Part shown: one piece after another, positions 1-10,218 of the stretch
Numbering within the stretch: the first letter of the stretch is position 1
Layout: every line of letters begins with the position of its first letter
NCBI GenBank assembly: GCA_945898195.1
Contig: CAMDHM010000002.1
Span: forward strand, 1-64,000
DNA length: 64,000 nucleotides
From: Pseudobacteriovorax antillogorgiicola
GTDB lineage: Bacteria; Bdellovibrionota_B; Oligoflexia; Oligoflexales; RGVZ01
Reading direction: 5' to 3'
Notes under the pieces: model-generated
Told to the model about the DNA's origin: nothing
Database searches by the model: none
What the model saw: the letters and a program-made list of their open reading frames with translations, nothing else
Position numbers and translations under genes: made by a program

Positions 1-55
1 GAGCAGTACACTTTTAATGTACGGGTCGATGGTTCGAATCCATCCGGGCTCACCA
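1..55 (+). tRNA. tRNA-Lys (anticodon TTT), 5'-truncated by the window edge
   Basis: Anticodon arm GTACA/CTTTTAA/TGTAC has TTT centred in a 7-nt loop. T-arm is GATGG-TTCGAAT-CCATC. Acceptor 3' strand CGGGCTC is followed by A-CCA ending at 55. D-arm and 5' acceptor lie outside the window. Confidence 0.6.
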
Positions 56-61
56 CCCTTA

Positions 62-139
62 GTCCCCATCGTCTAGCCCGGTCCAGGACACCACCCTTTC
101 ACGGTGGATACGGGGGTTCAAATCCCCCTGGGGACGCCA
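62..139 (+). tRNA. tRNA-Glu (anticodon TTC)
   Basis: Acceptor GTCCCCA pairs with TGGGGAC. Anticodon stem is CCACC/GGTGG with loop CTTTCAC (TTC). T-loop is GGGGG-TTCAAAT-CCCCC. The sequence is near-identical in architecture to canonical bacterial tRNA-Glu and ends GCCA. Confidence 0.8.
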
Positions 140-152
140 CTACCACAAAGAA

Positions 153-185
153 AGAGCCTCCGGCAACGGGGGCTCTTTTGTTTTG
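153..185 (+). terminator. Rho-independent terminator after the tRNA-Lys/tRNA-Glu pair
   Basis: 10-bp stem AGAGCCTCCG/CGGGGGCTCT (one G-U pair) with loop GCAA, followed by TTTTGTTTTG. Confidence 0.7.
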
Positions 186-282
186 TGCGTTTGGCACTGC
201 ATGACATGGGATATCCCTTCACGGCAGAAGCTAAATTCTGGCATTCACACCTCCGGAACAAAAAAAACTGGAGGCGATTAAA

Positions 283-504
283 ATGATGAATATAACAACG
301 GATGCCTTGCCTTCTCACATGAAGGAAACGATGCTTCGGCTCGAAAAGCTGGAAAAATTGGTGGACCGCATGACCGTGGCGCTGCGTTCAATAAACGCTG
401 AGTGTTGCGCTAAGCCGGTTTCCCGACCGAGCCTTCGATTGATCAAAGGAGGACAGCCCACAGGCGACGGCGAGAAGACTTTGTTTTTAAGTACGGAGCG
501 CTAA
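283..504 (+). CDS. small hypothetical protein (73 aa) upstream of recN
   Basis: Six-frame ORF with a good SD (CTGGAGG, 8 nt upstream of the ATG). No recognisable motif. Its coding status is uncertain. Confidence 0.3.
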   Translation: MMNITTDALPSHMKETMLRLEKLEKLVDRMTVALRSINAECCAKPVSRPSLRLIKGGQPTGDGEKTLFLSTER

Positions 505-587
505 AAGGTTTGGAATTTGAGCCTATCAAAGACGAGATTTTTTTGCGAAGGTTGAACCCTACTAGATCCTGAAATAGGAGCCGTATT

Positions 588-2402
588 ATGCTAAATCAAC
601 TGCACATAAACGGCCTTGCGATCATTGAATCGCTGAAGATCGATTTTTCGCGTGGGTTCAATGTCATCACAGGCGAGACGGGTGCGGGGAAATCGATCCT
701 CATAAAAGCCTTGAACCTTTTGCTTGGGGCGAAGGCCTCTGCTGATGCAGTGCGTCACGGACGCGAGGCGGCCTCCGTCAGTGGGCAGTTTTTATTGCCA
801 GCCAATCATAAAGTTACGGCCTGCCTTGAGTCCTACGGAATTCCCCTTGAGACGGCCGGAGCTCATGAGGGAGGAAACGAACTACAAACCGTGATTGTTC
901 GCCGCGTTATTTCGGCGAAGGGCCGGTCCCAGGCTTGGATTAATGACACGCCGGTGACGTCGGGAACGCTGCGTGAATTTGCCGATGCCTTGATCGATGT
1001 TTTTGCTCAGCATGAAAACCATAAGCTGCTCGACTCCGATGGACACCTAGCGGTGCTCGACCAATTTCTTGACGACCGGACCTTGACCACACAAGTGGAA
1101 TTGGCCTGGCGGGTGGTTTCGGAAAATACGTCCGCTCTGAAGAAACTTGTGTCGGATCTTGCATTGAAGCAGCGCGACGCTGACTACCTGGCCTTTCGTT
1201 GTGACGAACTTCGAAAATTTGAGCCCTCACTGGAAGAGTTTGAAAAGACCAGAAATTTCTGCGATCAAGCGCGCCATAATACCTACCTCGTTTCATCGCT
1301 GCGCAAAGCCGCGGCGGTGATGGATGAGGGGGCCGGTGACTCTTCCATTGAACGCGCCCTGCGCGAAGCCGGACGAGTCTTGCAGCAAGCGGCCAGCAAG
1401 GTACCAAGTTTGCAGACACTGGCAGACCAAGCCTTTGCGGTTGCGGAGAAGGCAGCTGAGCTTAGCTATGCCGTTGGCCAAGAATTATCCAATGCAGACA
1501 CAAATGAGGAAGACGTCGATGCTGCCCAGGCGCGCCTTGCCGGATACCAAGGGCTGTTTCGGAAGATGGGTGTGCTGGATGCCGAGTCACTCGTGGCGTC
1601 GTGGAACCGGATGGAAGAGGAAGTTCGGTTTTTAGAGTCGGCAACAAAGGATGCCGCCGAACTATTCACAAAAATTGAGCGAGCCATAGCTTCCTATAAA
1701 AACCTGTCAGGCCTCTTGACGGCAGCCCGCAAAATGGCCGCGCAAAAAGCAGGCAAGGCCGTTGGTAAAGAACTTTCCGAGCTCGCCATGAAAGACTCCA
1801 GATTAGAAGTCGAATTCATTTCAGTTCACGGCATGGGCGTTGACGACCTGGAACTTGCATGCCTTGGCGAGGTCATGGTGAAGCGCTGGCGTGAAAAAAT
1901 TCTGCCGCTATTCTCTGGTGTTTCAGCCACGGGCGCGGAACGTGTGCAGTTGCTCCTGTCTGCTAACCCCGGTGAACCGGCCTTGCCGCTGCATAAAGTC
2001 GCCTCTGGTGGTGAAGTCTCCCGCATCATGTTGGCACTTAAAAAAGCCTTGGCCATGGGCGCCGACACCTGCATTTTAGTTTTTGATGAAATTGATACTG
2101 GAATTTCAGGTCGCGTGGCCGACATTGTTGGCCGCAAACTTGCCGAACTTGCCAAGGGCTTTCAGGTGATTTGTATCTCTCACCTACCCCAGGTCGCCGC
2201 CTACGGGGACTCTCATTTTCTCGTGCATAAATTCGGAGCGAGCAATCGGACCGAGTCAACCATTACGCGATTGGATCCCGAGGCTAGCCGAACCGAAATT
2301 GCGCGGCTGTTGTCGGGCGACGAAGTGACGGAATCAAGCCTTGCCCATGCATCGACGCTTCTTCGAAAGGCCCGTCAAGAGAGGCAAGAAGGGCAGCAGT
2401 AG
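588..2402 (+). CDS. recN: DNA repair protein RecN
   Basis: 604 aa. N-terminal Walker A GETGAGKS. Long coiled-coil middle region. C-terminal SMC-like signature region. Its length is typical of RecN. Confidence 0.9.
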   Translation: MLNQLHINGLAIIESLKIDFSRGFNVITGETGAGKSILIKALNLLLGAKASADAVRHGREAASVSGQFLLPANHKVTACLESYGIPLETAGAHEGGNELQTVIVRRVISAKGRSQAWINDTPVTSGTLREFADALIDVFAQHENHKLLDSDGHLAVLDQFLDDRTLTTQVELAWRVVSENTSALKKLVSDLALKQRDADYLAFRCDELRKFEPSLEEFEKTRNFCDQARHNTYLVSSLRKAAAVMDEGAGDSSIERALREAGRVLQQAASKVPSLQTLADQAFAVAEKAAELSYAVGQELSNADTNEEDVDAAQARLAGYQGLFRKMGVLDAESLVASWNRMEEEVRFLESATKDAAELFTKIERAIASYKNLSGLLTAARKMAAQKAGKAVGKELSELAMKDSRLEVEFISVHGMGVDDLELACLGEVMVKRWREKILPLFSGVSATGAERVQLLLSANPGEPALPLHKVASGGEVSRIMLALKKALAMGADTCILVFDEIDTGISGRVADIVGRKLAELAKGFQVICISHLPQVAAYGDSHFLVHKFGASNRTESTITRLDPEASRTEIARLLSGDEVTESSLAHASTLLRKARQERQEGQQ

Positions 2403-3107
2403 AAAAAATACGTCTACTTGCCCGCGCGGATTGGCAGTTTTTCCCCGAATCACGGCGCAGCCACCCAACATATCATTTGGCCCCAACTCATTTCGTGCAT
2501 AGAGGTAAGTGATTCCATCCACGTCATCTTGAGACACGGATGCTGTCGTTCGTTTGCTGGCATCGTAATACATCAGCGCATTCGTATCTGTTGAATGCCC
2601 AAGTCCAAGAATATGCCCCACTTCATGGGCCATGACGTCGATAACGAGATTCTCGTTTAGCGTTTTAATGTTGGCGCTGGCACCGACATTGGCATTGAGG
2701 ATGAGAACCCCGTAATTCAAATGGCCTGAACCGCTGACCTGCTGGCCCGTCGCCACGCCAGGAATTACCTCTGGATTGAGGCCCACGGCGGCCATGTCGG
2801 TCACACAGTGGACCGTGGGCGTGGAGTCCGACGTCCCAGCGAGGGCATCGGTAATTGTGCTGGCCGAGTCAGAACCCCGCGTCAAGTGTACCCCTAACGT
2901 GGGAATTTGGTTCCATACGTTAAGGGCCTTATCCATTAGATCGTTAACGTCGTCAGGACAGTTTTCTGGATTGATGTGGAATTCCAGCGTTTGGGTGTCC
3001 CACCCTTTAAGGCCTCCCGACCCAATCAAGGTGAATCCAAATGCTGGCGCTGCGAAAAACAGCGGGCTCATCAAGGTAGCGGAACGAAGAGAGATGACAG
3101 GTCTCAT
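2334..3107 (-). CDS. secreted zinc metalloprotease (metzincin/M10-like)
   Basis: N-terminal signal peptide. HEXXHXXGXXH motif 'HEVGHILGLGHS'. The 3' end overlaps the recN 3' end convergently, so the last ~20 codons may be fortuitous. Confidence 0.75.
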   Translation of the reverse strand: MRPVISLRSATLMSPLFFAAPAFGFTLIGSGGLKGWDTQTLEFHINPENCPDDVNDLMDKALNVWNQIPTLGVHLTRGSDSASTITDALAGTSDSTPTVHCVTDMAAVGLNPEVIPGVATGQQVSGSGHLNYGVLILNANVGASANIKTLNENLVIDVMAHEVGHILGLGHSTDTNALMYYDASKRTTASVSQDDVDGITYLYARNELGPNDMLGGCAVIRGKTANPRGQVDVFFLLLPFLPLLTGLSKKRRCMGKA

Positions 3108-3119
3108 GGAAAAGGCTCC

Positions 3120-3719
3120 TCAGGATTTAACCCACGCGGCAGTTAGCATCAGGCTGAACGATCTTTTAGTGTTGGAAAGGGGGGCGTGGACCAAGAGGTC
3201 GACGCCAGTGCGAAGGCTCGCCCAATTCCAGGCGGAGCCGACTTGCCAGGCAAAAGTAGTGGCCGAAACGGATTCGTTAGGTTGGTAAAAAGTGGCCGTG
3301 CCTTCGCCGTTGTTGAGCAGTTCAGCGCCGTCTCCCGTCCCATTAACGGTATACTGCAGAAGAACCGGACCGGTTCCGAAGTCAAAAGAACTAGAAAGAT
3401 TCGTCGTTAGCGGCAACCCAATGGCCATGAGGGAAGTTTTGCTGGAGTTGCTGCTGGACTTAACCGCCATAAGGCTGTCAGGCATGTAGTGCAGCCAGGG
3501 GCTAACCAGCCGTGTGCCAAGGGGAATGTGGTATTGCAGGTGAAAATGGTAAAAGGACGTCCCCAAAGTGCTGCGCGCCCCCGAGGGGTCCGAGGTAAGC
3601 CTCAGCATTTCGTAGGAAGTTCCGCCGGCACCAAATTCGATGGACTTGGGCCTTGCCGCATTGGCAGACAAAGCCATTCCAAATAAAAATATTCCTAGCC
3701 CAAGCTTCAAACCGCGCAT
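3120..3719 (-). CDS. small secreted / outer-membrane protein (199 aa), function unknown
   Basis: Signal peptide MRGLKLGLGIFLFGMALSANA. Alternating hydrophobic pattern and aromatic-rich C-terminus consistent with a small beta-barrel. Lies directly upstream of, and co-oriented with, the metzincin gene. Confidence 0.5.
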   Translation of the reverse strand: MRGLKLGLGIFLFGMALSANAARPKSIEFGAGGTSYEMLRLTSDPSGARSTLGTSFYHFHLQYHIPLGTRLVSPWLHYMPDSLMAVKSSSNSSKTSLMAIGLPLTTNLSSSFDFGTGPVLLQYTVNGTGDGAELLNNGEGTATFYQPNESVSATTFAWQVGSAWNWASLRTGVDLLVHAPLSNTKRSFSLMLTAAWVKS

Positions 3720-3852
3720 GAGAAACCCCGGTGATAATTTTCTCTAGTTTAGCATTTCTGACGGATGAGCTCATCCAAGTGTACTTTATGAACAAGGGCA
3801 CCCAATCAAATGGTTTTGGTGTATTCTCCGGCGGTCTGTATTTAGGTCTGAT

Positions 3853-4680
3853 TTGTGTGGGTATGAAACTAGGGAGGGGTATTTTCTTATGTCTACCTAT
3901 ATGCTGCTTTGTCTTCTGGTTTTTGCTGTCGCCTATGTGGTCAACATGACCTTTATCACGGTGTTTTATCACCGGGGCTTGACCCACGGTGCTTTAACCA
4001 TGTCGCCCTTTGCCCAAAAGCTTGTTCAATACATGGGTAATTGGGTTACCGGTTTAGACCCTAAAGGTTGGGCCTGCATGCATCGGATGCATCATATGTA
4101 CTCCGATACGCCGGCTGACCCACACTCCCCTGTTCAATTCGGGATTTTCGGGGTTCTTTGGGCCCAATTTAAGTCTTACGAACGGGCACTTTTTCGGCTT
4201 CAGCGTGGCGATAAGAAATACTGTGACGTTGTGGCCGACATTCCCTACCAAACGAATTGGGTAAACCGTAAGAAAGTTTGGTTTTTACCTTATGTTATTC
4301 ACGCCGTGATTGCCGTTGTGCCAGGTGTGATCGGTGGTTGGTGGGCACTTGGCGCTTGCTACTGGGCCGGGATGATGAGCCATCCCATTCAGGGCTGGAT
4401 GGTCAATTCATTTGGTCATGCCGTGGGTTACAGGAATTTCAATACCGACGACCAGTCAAGAAATAATACTTTCGTCGCCTGGACGGTGATGGGAGAGGGC
4501 TTTCAGAACAATCATCATCAGTATCCGGCTTCGGCCAAGTTTTCCTACCGCTGGTTCGAAATTGACCCAGGCTATTTGCTTTGCTTGATTTTGGATCGCT
4601 GTGGTTTGATTGAAATTCAGCGCGGGCTTTTGATTTCTCGCGCAGGAGCGGAATCACACACACGCGTTCCAATCGCATAA
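3853..4680 (+). CDS. membrane fatty-acid (acyl-lipid/acyl-CoA) desaturase
   Basis: Three histidine boxes (HRGLTHG, HRMHHMYSD, QNNHHQYP) and several TM segments. The true start may be the internal Met at 3889. Confidence 0.8.
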   Translation: MCGYETREGYFLMSTYMLLCLLVFAVAYVVNMTFITVFYHRGLTHGALTMSPFAQKLVQYMGNWVTGLDPKGWACMHRMHHMYSDTPADPHSPVQFGIFGVLWAQFKSYERALFRLQRGDKKYCDVVADIPYQTNWVNRKKVWFLPYVIHAVIAVVPGVIGGWWALGACYWAGMMSHPIQGWMVNSFGHAVGYRNFNTDDQSRNNTFVAWTVMGEGFQNNHHQYPASAKFSYRWFEIDPGYLLCLILDRCGLIEIQRGLLISRAGAESHTRVPIA

Positions 4681-4686
4681 ATGAAA

Positions 4687-4712
4687 GGGGCCCGCACTCT
4701 TAAGTGCGGGCC
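4687..4712. terminator. perfect 10-bp palindromic hairpin between the convergent desaturase and nrdJ genes
   Basis: GGGCCCGCAC-TCTTAA-GTGCGGGCCC. No strong U-tract on either strand, so it is an intrinsic terminator or an RNA-stability element. Confidence 0.4.
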
Positions 4713-4825
4713 CTTCACAAGCAGAAACGAGGCGGGGTTAAGTCATCGGCGGGGGCATCAGCCTGAACGAGACAACGACAGAAACGGCGGGGATATTTTC
4801 AGGGGGAAACCCCCGGCGGCAGTGG

Positions 4826-7800
4826 TTAGCTGCAACCGGTCGTTCCACCGCATGAATCACATTTGAGGCACGCTCCGTTGCGGACCAAGGTCATGGCTCC
4901 ACACTCGGGACATGGATCGCCTTCGTAGCCCTTCATTCGCGCGGTTTTGACCGTGTTTAGTCCGCGTTTGGCAGCGATTTTTTCCGCCATGCGATCAAAC
5001 TCGGCTTCAGACAGCGCTACCGGAACTTTTTTATCGCTTGCAGTTTGCAAACCTCCAACACTAACGGAGGCGCCGTGTCCATTGCCACCGTTTGATGTCA
5101 TGACAATCGCAACCGGCATGTCGTCATCGCTGGTGGCATTGTTCGCATGGGCCTTCGACTTTGGCGCGTCGACTTCATCTGGCGACACATGAACCAGGTC
5201 CGTGCGGCCAAGATAATTCAAGGCAAGGTCGCGGAACATGAAGTCGATGATCGATGTGGCGCGGCGCAGGTTGTTATGGCCCGTCACCTGACCGTTTGGC
5301 TCAAAACGGGTGAAGGTAAAAACATCGACGTATTCCTCGAGGGGCACGCCGTACTGTAGGCCGAGGCTTACGGCAATGGCAAAGCAGTTCATAATGGAGC
5401 GAAGCAGCGTTCCTTCCTTGTTCAAGTCGAGGAAGATCTCACCCACTTGACCGTCTTCATACTCGCCCGTGCGGAGGTACACCGTGTGCCCTCCGATCTT
5501 AACCTTTTGGGTGTAACCACTGCGACGGCTGGGTAGTGGGCGACGGGTGCGGACGTATTCTTTGACGATCTGCGTGGCAAGTTTTTTAACCTGCTCGGTT
5601 CTGGGCTCAGCGTGATCGATGATTTCAAGCCATTCGGTGGCCGTGGCATTCAGCGGTTGGCTCAGCTTGGAACCATCACGGTAGAGGGCGTTGGCCTTGA
5701 GCATCATGCTCCAAGACTTTTTATAAGACTTGGCGACATCATCTAAATTGGCTTCAAATGGCAGGTTGATCGTTTTGCTGATCGCGCCAGAGATGAACGG
5801 TTGGGCGGCGGCCATCATGCCGATGTGATTGTCGGCGGGGATGTAGCGAACTCCCTTGCGGCCACACTTGCTCGCGCAGTCAAAAACCGGCAAATGAGCG
5901 GCCTTCAGGTGTGGGGCGCCTTCCACCGTCATCGTCCCGCAAACATACTCGTTGGCCGCTTCGATGTCCGCCTGCGAGAAGCCAAGGAGCCTTAGGATAT
6001 TGCAATCGATCGGCTCCAGATCTTCGGCCTTGATGCCAAGTGTCGCCGTGCAAAATTCTTCTCCAAGAACCCACTTGTTGAAGGCAAAGGTAATGTCAAA
6101 GGCCTGTGGTAATTCTTTTTCCACCGAAGCTAAAACCGCAGGGGTGAGCCCCTTGGCGGCCAGCGTGTCATGGTTGATGCCAGGGGAGCCCTTTAGGGTT
6201 CCCCGACCAACGCAGTAGGCAATGATGTCTGCCGTTTGTGCATCGGTGTAGCCAAGGTTCGTAAGGGCCACAGGAATCGACTGATTGATGATCTTGAAGT
6301 AGCCGCCACCGGCTAGTTTTTTGAACTTCACCAGAGCGAAGTCCGGCTCAATCCCTGTCGTGTCGCAGTCCATCAGCAGGCCAATCGTGCCCGTCGGAGC
6401 GATGACGGTTGTCTGGGCATTGCGAAAGCCGTGCTTCTCGCCCATGGCAAGGGCTTCATCCCACGATCTTTTTGCGGCGTCGCTCAAGTTTTTCGGGCAG
6501 ATCTTGTGATTGATCTCAAGGGGTCTGATGGTCAGGCCATCATACTTGCCTGTCCCATGGGCCGCGCTGTGATGGTTGCGGATAACGCGGAGCATATCTT
6601 TTTTGTTTTTGGCATAGTTCGGGAAAGTACCTAGGGCCGCAGCCATTTCAGCGCTCGTCCGGTAGCTTTCTCCGCACATGATGGCGGTCACAGATCCGGT
6701 GAAGGCGAGTGCTTCGGAGGATCCATAGGGCATTCCCATACGCATGAGAACGGCGCCAATGTTGGCGTAGCCCAAACCAAGGGTCCGGAAATCCCAGCTC
6801 TTGCGGGCGATTTCTTTGCTGGGAAACTGAGCCATTTGCACCGAGATGTCGAGGATGACCGTCCAAATGCGAGTGGCATGGATGAAGGCGTCAATGTCGA
6901 GCCCATTTTTTTCGTCGTAAAACGTCAACAGGTTGAGCGAAGCCAGGTTACAAGCCGTGTCATCCAGGAACATATATTCCGAACATGGATTGGAGGCGTT
7001 GATCCGGCCATCTTGCGGGCATGTGTGCCATTCGTTGATCGTCGTGTCGAACTGAACGCCGGGATCAGCGCAAGACCAAGCGGCGTAGACGATCTTGTCC
7101 CACAGTTCTGAGGCCTTCACCGTGCGCATGGTCTCACCCGTCATGCGGCTTTTGAGGGCCCATTCCGTCCCGCGCTCGGTGGCTTCCATGAAGGAGTTTG
7201 GAATGCGGACCGAGTTGTTCGAGTTTTGACCCGAGACGGTGCTGTAGGCTTCCGAGTTCCAGTCGGTGTTGAACGAATCGATTTTAAGTTTGTAGTTGCC
7301 CTGCTTTGCCAGATCGATGACGCGCTGAACATAATTCAACGGGATGTGGGCTTTGCGGGATTTGGCGATCGCTTCACGCAATAGTTCGTTTTTGCTCGGG
7401 TTGAAGCGGTCGTCAGACTTTGGTGCATTTGCCGGAACGGAACAGGCTTTCAGAATTGCATTCAGATTCTCTTCCATCGCCTTAGAACCGGCGACGAGTG
7501 AAGCAACTTTCTGCTCTTCTTCCACCTTCCATTCGATGAACTTCTCGATATCCGGATGGTCCAGATCCAGACAGACCATTTTAGCTGCTCGGCGTGTGGT
7601 TCCGCCGCTTTTGATGGCACCAGCTGCGCGGTCACCAATTTTAAGGAACGACATGAGTCCCGAGGAAATCCCCCCGCCCGAGAGTGGTTCCCCCTCGCCG
7701 CGAATCCCGGAAAAGTTTGTTCCCGTTCCGCTGCCATATTTGAAAAGGCGGGCTTCGCGGGTCCACAGATCCATGATTCCGCCTTCATTGACGAGATCAT

Positions 7801-8320
7801 CACTGACGGCCTGGATGAAGCACGCGTGCGGTTGTGGGCGCTCGTAGGCGTTGGTCGATTTTTCAATCTGGTCCGTCTCGGGGTCTACATAGTAATGGCC
7901 TTGGCTGGAGCCTTTCAAGCCGTAGGCGAAGTAGAGCCCAGTATTGAACCACTGTGGGCTGTTAGGCGCACACATCTGGCGGGCCAGCATGTGGCAGGTT
8001 TCATCGTAAAAGGTGGCGGCATCTTCTTCGGTATCAAAGTAGCCGTAACGGGTGCCCCAATCGGCCCAACATCCGGCAAGGCGGTGGAAGACCTGACGGC
8101 TGTCGGACTCAGCACCAATCTTCGGTATTCCCGCGCGGCGCAGGTATTTCTGCGCGAGGATATCGGTGGCCACCTGACTCCAATGGTCTGGAACGGTAAC
8201 CTTCATTTGACTGCTGGCTTTACTGCCATCAGAGTTTTTAAGTTCTGAAGTGCGTTCAACGAACTTCAGCCCGTCGTAGGGTTGGCCTTTGGTTTTGACG
8301 AACAATCTCTTAAATTTCAT
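4826..8320 (-). CDS. nrdJ: ribonucleotide reductase, class II (adenosylcobalamin-dependent), long form with C-terminal zinc ribbon
   Basis: 1164 aa. RNR catalytic-barrel motifs are present (…[21 protein letters not shown]…, …GLGYANIG…). C-terminal CPECG…CLKCDSCG motif. The ORF is continuous with no intein-like insertion. Confidence 0.85.
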   Translation of the reverse strand: MKFKRLFVKTKGQPYDGLKFVERTSELKNSDGSKASSQMKVTVPDHWSQVATDILAQKYLRRAGIPKIGAESDSRQVFHRLAGCWADWGTRYGYFDTEEDAATFYDETCHMLARQMCAPNSPQWFNTGLYFAYGLKGSSQGHYYVDPETDQIEKSTNAYERPQPHACFIQAVSDDLVNEGGIMDLWTREARLFKYGSGTGTNFSGIRGEGEPLSGGGISSGLMSFLKIGDRAAGAIKSGGTTRRAAKMVCLDLDHPDIEKFIEWKVEEEQKVASLVAGSKAMEENLNAILKACSVPANAPKSDDRFNPSKNELLREAIAKSRKAHIPLNYVQRVIDLAKQGNYKLKIDSFNTDWNSEAYSTVSGQNSNNSVRIPNSFMEATERGTEWALKSRMTGETMRTVKASELWDKIVYAAWSCADPGVQFDTTINEWHTCPQDGRINASNPCSEYMFLDDTACNLASLNLLTFYDEKNGLDIDAFIHATRIWTVILDISVQMAQFPSKEIARKSWDFRTLGLGYANIGAVLMRMGMPYGSSEALAFTGSVTAIMCGESYRTSAEMAAALGTFPNYAKNKKDMLRVIRNHHSAAHGTGKYDGLTIRPLEINHKICPKNLSDAAKRSWDEALAMGEKHGFRNAQTTVIAPTGTIGLLMDCDTTGIEPDFALVKFKKLAGGGYFKIINQSIPVALTNLGYTDAQTADIIAYCVGRGTLKGSPGINHDTLAAKGLTPAVLASVEKELPQAFDITFAFNKWVLGEEFCTATLGIKAEDLEPIDCNILRLLGFSQADIEAANEYVCGTMTVEGAPHLKAAHLPVFDCASKCGRKGVRYIPADNHIGMMAAAQPFISGAISKTINLPFEANLDDVAKSYKKSWSMMLKANALYRDGSKLSQPLNATATEWLEIIDHAEPRTEQVKKLATQIVKEYVRTRRPLPSRRSGYTQKVKIGGHTVYLRTGEYEDGQVGEIFLDLNKEGTLLRSIMNCFAIAVSLGLQYGVPLEEYVDVFTFTRFEPNGQVTGHNNLRRATSIIDFMFRDLALNYLGRTDLVHVSPDEVDAPKSKAHANNATSDDDMPVAIVMTSNGGNGHGASVSVGGLQTASDKKVPVALSEAEFDRMAEKIAAKRGLNTVKTARMKGYEGDPCPECGAMTLVRNGACLKCDSCGGTTGCS

Positions 8321-8477
8321 GCCTGCACTCCTTGTGACGGCATTGTGAATCGAATTTCAGGCAAAACTTGGCTAAGGCAGTCTAAAACCGCTATTTTCCG
8401 TGTCTCGCCAGGATGTTGTAGAGGAACCAGCTAGACCTGATGATAGCCACCCAAAGAAGGCGCTGTCAACGGTCGAC

Positions 8478-8525
8478 ACACAAAATATGGTGTCCACAAT
8501 TTATCCACAACACCATAGGTTGTGT
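8478..8525. promoter_or_regulatory. tandem NrdR-box-like palindromes upstream of nrdJ
   Basis: ACACAAAATATGGTGT (8478-8493) and ACACCATAGGTTGTGT (8510-8525). Both fit ACAC-N8-GTGT and their centres are 32 bp apart. They sit ~160-200 bp upstream of the nrdJ start. Confidence 0.6.
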
Positions 8526-8652
8526 GTCGTTTTTTAGAGGTATTGGCTATCTTCGCGAAAAAACTGAAGGTTCAGAGAATTTTTTGGATCCTGCCACAGC
8601 ATTTTTCAACAGGTTATCCACAAGAGTCAAATTAGGCTCAAAAAAAGCCTGA

Positions 8653-10218
8653 TTAAAATGCGATCACGCGCGGACTTCCGGCGGCTTTTTCTTGACGTTC
8701 AATTTCGTGGCCCCTGCTATCTGGGAAGTCGCGGGGGTCGGAGGCTGGGATGAGCGCGGAAGCGCTGTCCACCAAGGGTTTTCGGATGGAGGTCATGCGT
8801 TTTTCGGAAAGGTAAACCTGAATCGCCAAAGTGACCGTCTGATCTTTGCCAACTCTAAGTATTTGACTTGACCTCCGGCGATCGCCATCAACGCCCGTCG
8901 ACATCACGTAGTGGGCGAGTTGGTATTGCCCGGCAACTAACGGAATTCGGGTTGGCCGGTCGAATACGATATCTAACGTCACGCCACTTAATCCTGGATC
9001 GTGCGCTTCCACCCGCAACAGGTCGGTGATCTGACCTTTTACGTAGATTGGTTTCGGGATGATCTCAAGATAGCCAAGGTGAATCTCCGAATCAGAAACG
9101 CCTTTCGGCATGCGGTATCTGATGTTGCGCGAGCCTTCGACTCCAACCTGAACTTCAGATTCAAAAAATAATAGTGGTACATCGGTCACTCCGGCGGTGA
9201 ACGGGAAAGGCTGGCCTGGCTGATATAAACGGACTTGCAAGTCGCCAAGGCAGTTCCACTCCCACGGTGAGCAGCCTTGGTCGACCTTGATGCTGCGGGC
9301 CGGAAGGTTCAGCTCTTCGCCCTCCTCTAACTCGACAACTTTCGGCTGATTTGAACCGCTCAAACGAAGCATCGTCTGACCGGGTAAGACGGCGTATTGC
9401 TCGTTAAGGTTAAACCAGTGTCCGTCGTTCACTTCAACGAACAAGGGGGTTCCGCGAATCTGTGAAGACAGATCAAGGTCGATCTTGGGGGAGGTGCTCA
9501 CTTTTAGGAAGGCGGGTTTGATGATGCGTTTTTCTCCCTGAGCCAAGGTGACTTTCATCTTGGTTCCGTTCACCTCCACCTCATAGTTCCCTGCGAGCAG
9601 GTAAAGCCATTTTCCGAAGCGTTGTTTTTCCGTTACGGAAACGAGGTCTGCAGATGGTGAAACGAAGTAGCTAAGATCTGCTGGGGTGTCGGGACTGGAT
9701 TCGACTTTGATGGCGGAAAGCAGGAAACTCTTCACTTCTCCAGCCTTGCCTTCGTCGCTGAATTCAAGTGAGAGCGGGACCATACCCACCAGAATGTCAT
9801 GGCTTTCGCCGATCATGCTTAAACTAAAGCGGTTTGAAAAATACTGCCTAGACCGCGTTTTCTCGGCTCTTTTGCATTGAATGGAAAACTTATCGTCTTC
9901 TTCGGGGGCCATTGCCGGAAGAAAATTGATCTGATGGGCCATGAGTTGTTTGCGCTGGCCGGCGTAGATGGGAATCGATTGGCTAGAGCAGTCGGCAAGG
10001 ACAAGGTAACGGCCCGCTGGAAGTTTGACGTCTTCGTTAAACACGCCAACATGCTCGGAAACCAACTGAAGGGGACTTTCAGAATCCACCCGGTAGATCT
10101 CGTAAAGGCCACCTTTGTAGCCACTTACGTTGAGCGTTCCGTCGCTGCCCCCGAGGCGGCAGCCCATGGCAGCGAACGTGCATAAAAAAATTAGTCGGAG
10201 GCTAATTTTAAAAGGCAA
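8653..10218 (-). CDS. large lipoprotein, function unknown
   Basis: The track ORF extends to 10389 and would overlap the upstream gene by 182 bp. An in-frame TTG at 10218 gives the lipoprotein signal peptide M-PFKISLRLIFLCTFAAMG-C (lipobox AMGC). It is the last gene of a three-gene envelope operon. Confidence 0.55.
   Translation of the reverse strand: MPFKISLRLIFLCTFAAMGCRLGGSDGTLNVSGYKGGLYEIYRVDSESPLQLVSEHVGVFNEDVKLPAGRYLVLADCSSQSIPIYAGQRKQLMAHQINFLPAMAPEEDDKFSIQCKRAEKTRSRQYFSNRFSLSMIGESHDILVGMVPLSLEFSDEGKAGEVKSFLLSAIKVESSPDTPADLSYFVSPSADLVSVTEKQRFGKWLYLLAGNYEVEVNGTKMKVTLAQGEKRIIKPAFLKVSTSPKIDLDLSSQIRGTPLFVEVNDGHWFNLNEQYAVLPGQTMLRLSGSNQPKVVELEEGEELNLPARSIKVDQGCSPWEWNCLGDLQVRLYQPGQPFPFTAGVTDVPLLFFESEVQVGVEGSRNIRYRMPKGVSDSEIHLGYLEIIPKPIYVKGQITDLLRVEAHDPGLSGVTLDIVFDRPTRIPLVAGQYQLAHYVMSTGVDGDRRRSSQILRVGKDQTVTLAIQVYLSEKRMTSIRKPLVDSASALIPASDPRDFPDSRGHEIERQEKAAGSPRVIAF

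Noticed and set aside
940-2259. Multiple 60-160-aa ORFs on the opposite strand or in alternative frames inside recN (e.g. 940-1419, 1826-2155)
   Set aside because: They are fully nested in a high-confidence RecN reading frame and are Arg/Pro/Ser-rich, as expected for off-frame translation of GC-rich coding sequence. There is no independent evidence for them.
4681-4866. 61-aa ORF between the desaturase and nrdJ
   Set aside because: It spans the palindromic hairpin and the nrdJ 3' end. It has no RBS and is likely non-coding.
4947-8248. Numerous antisense or alternative-frame ORFs within nrdJ (e.g. 7344-7847, 7556-8248)
   Set aside because: They are nested in a conserved 1164-aa RNR frame and have low-complexity composition. 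They are spurious.
4826-8320. Possible intein in the unusually long NrdJ
   Set aside because: The protein is colinear with long-form class II RNRs. I see no intein splice-junction blocks (Cys/Ser…His-Asn + Cys/Ser/Thr) or homing-endonuclease motifs, and the extra length is accounted for by N- and C-terminal extensions including the Zn ribbon.
8440-8652. 70-aa plus-strand ORF in the nrdJ leader
   Set aside because: It lies over the NrdR-box region of the divergent/upstream leader, has no SD, and has basic, low-complexity composition. It is more likely regulatory DNA than a gene.
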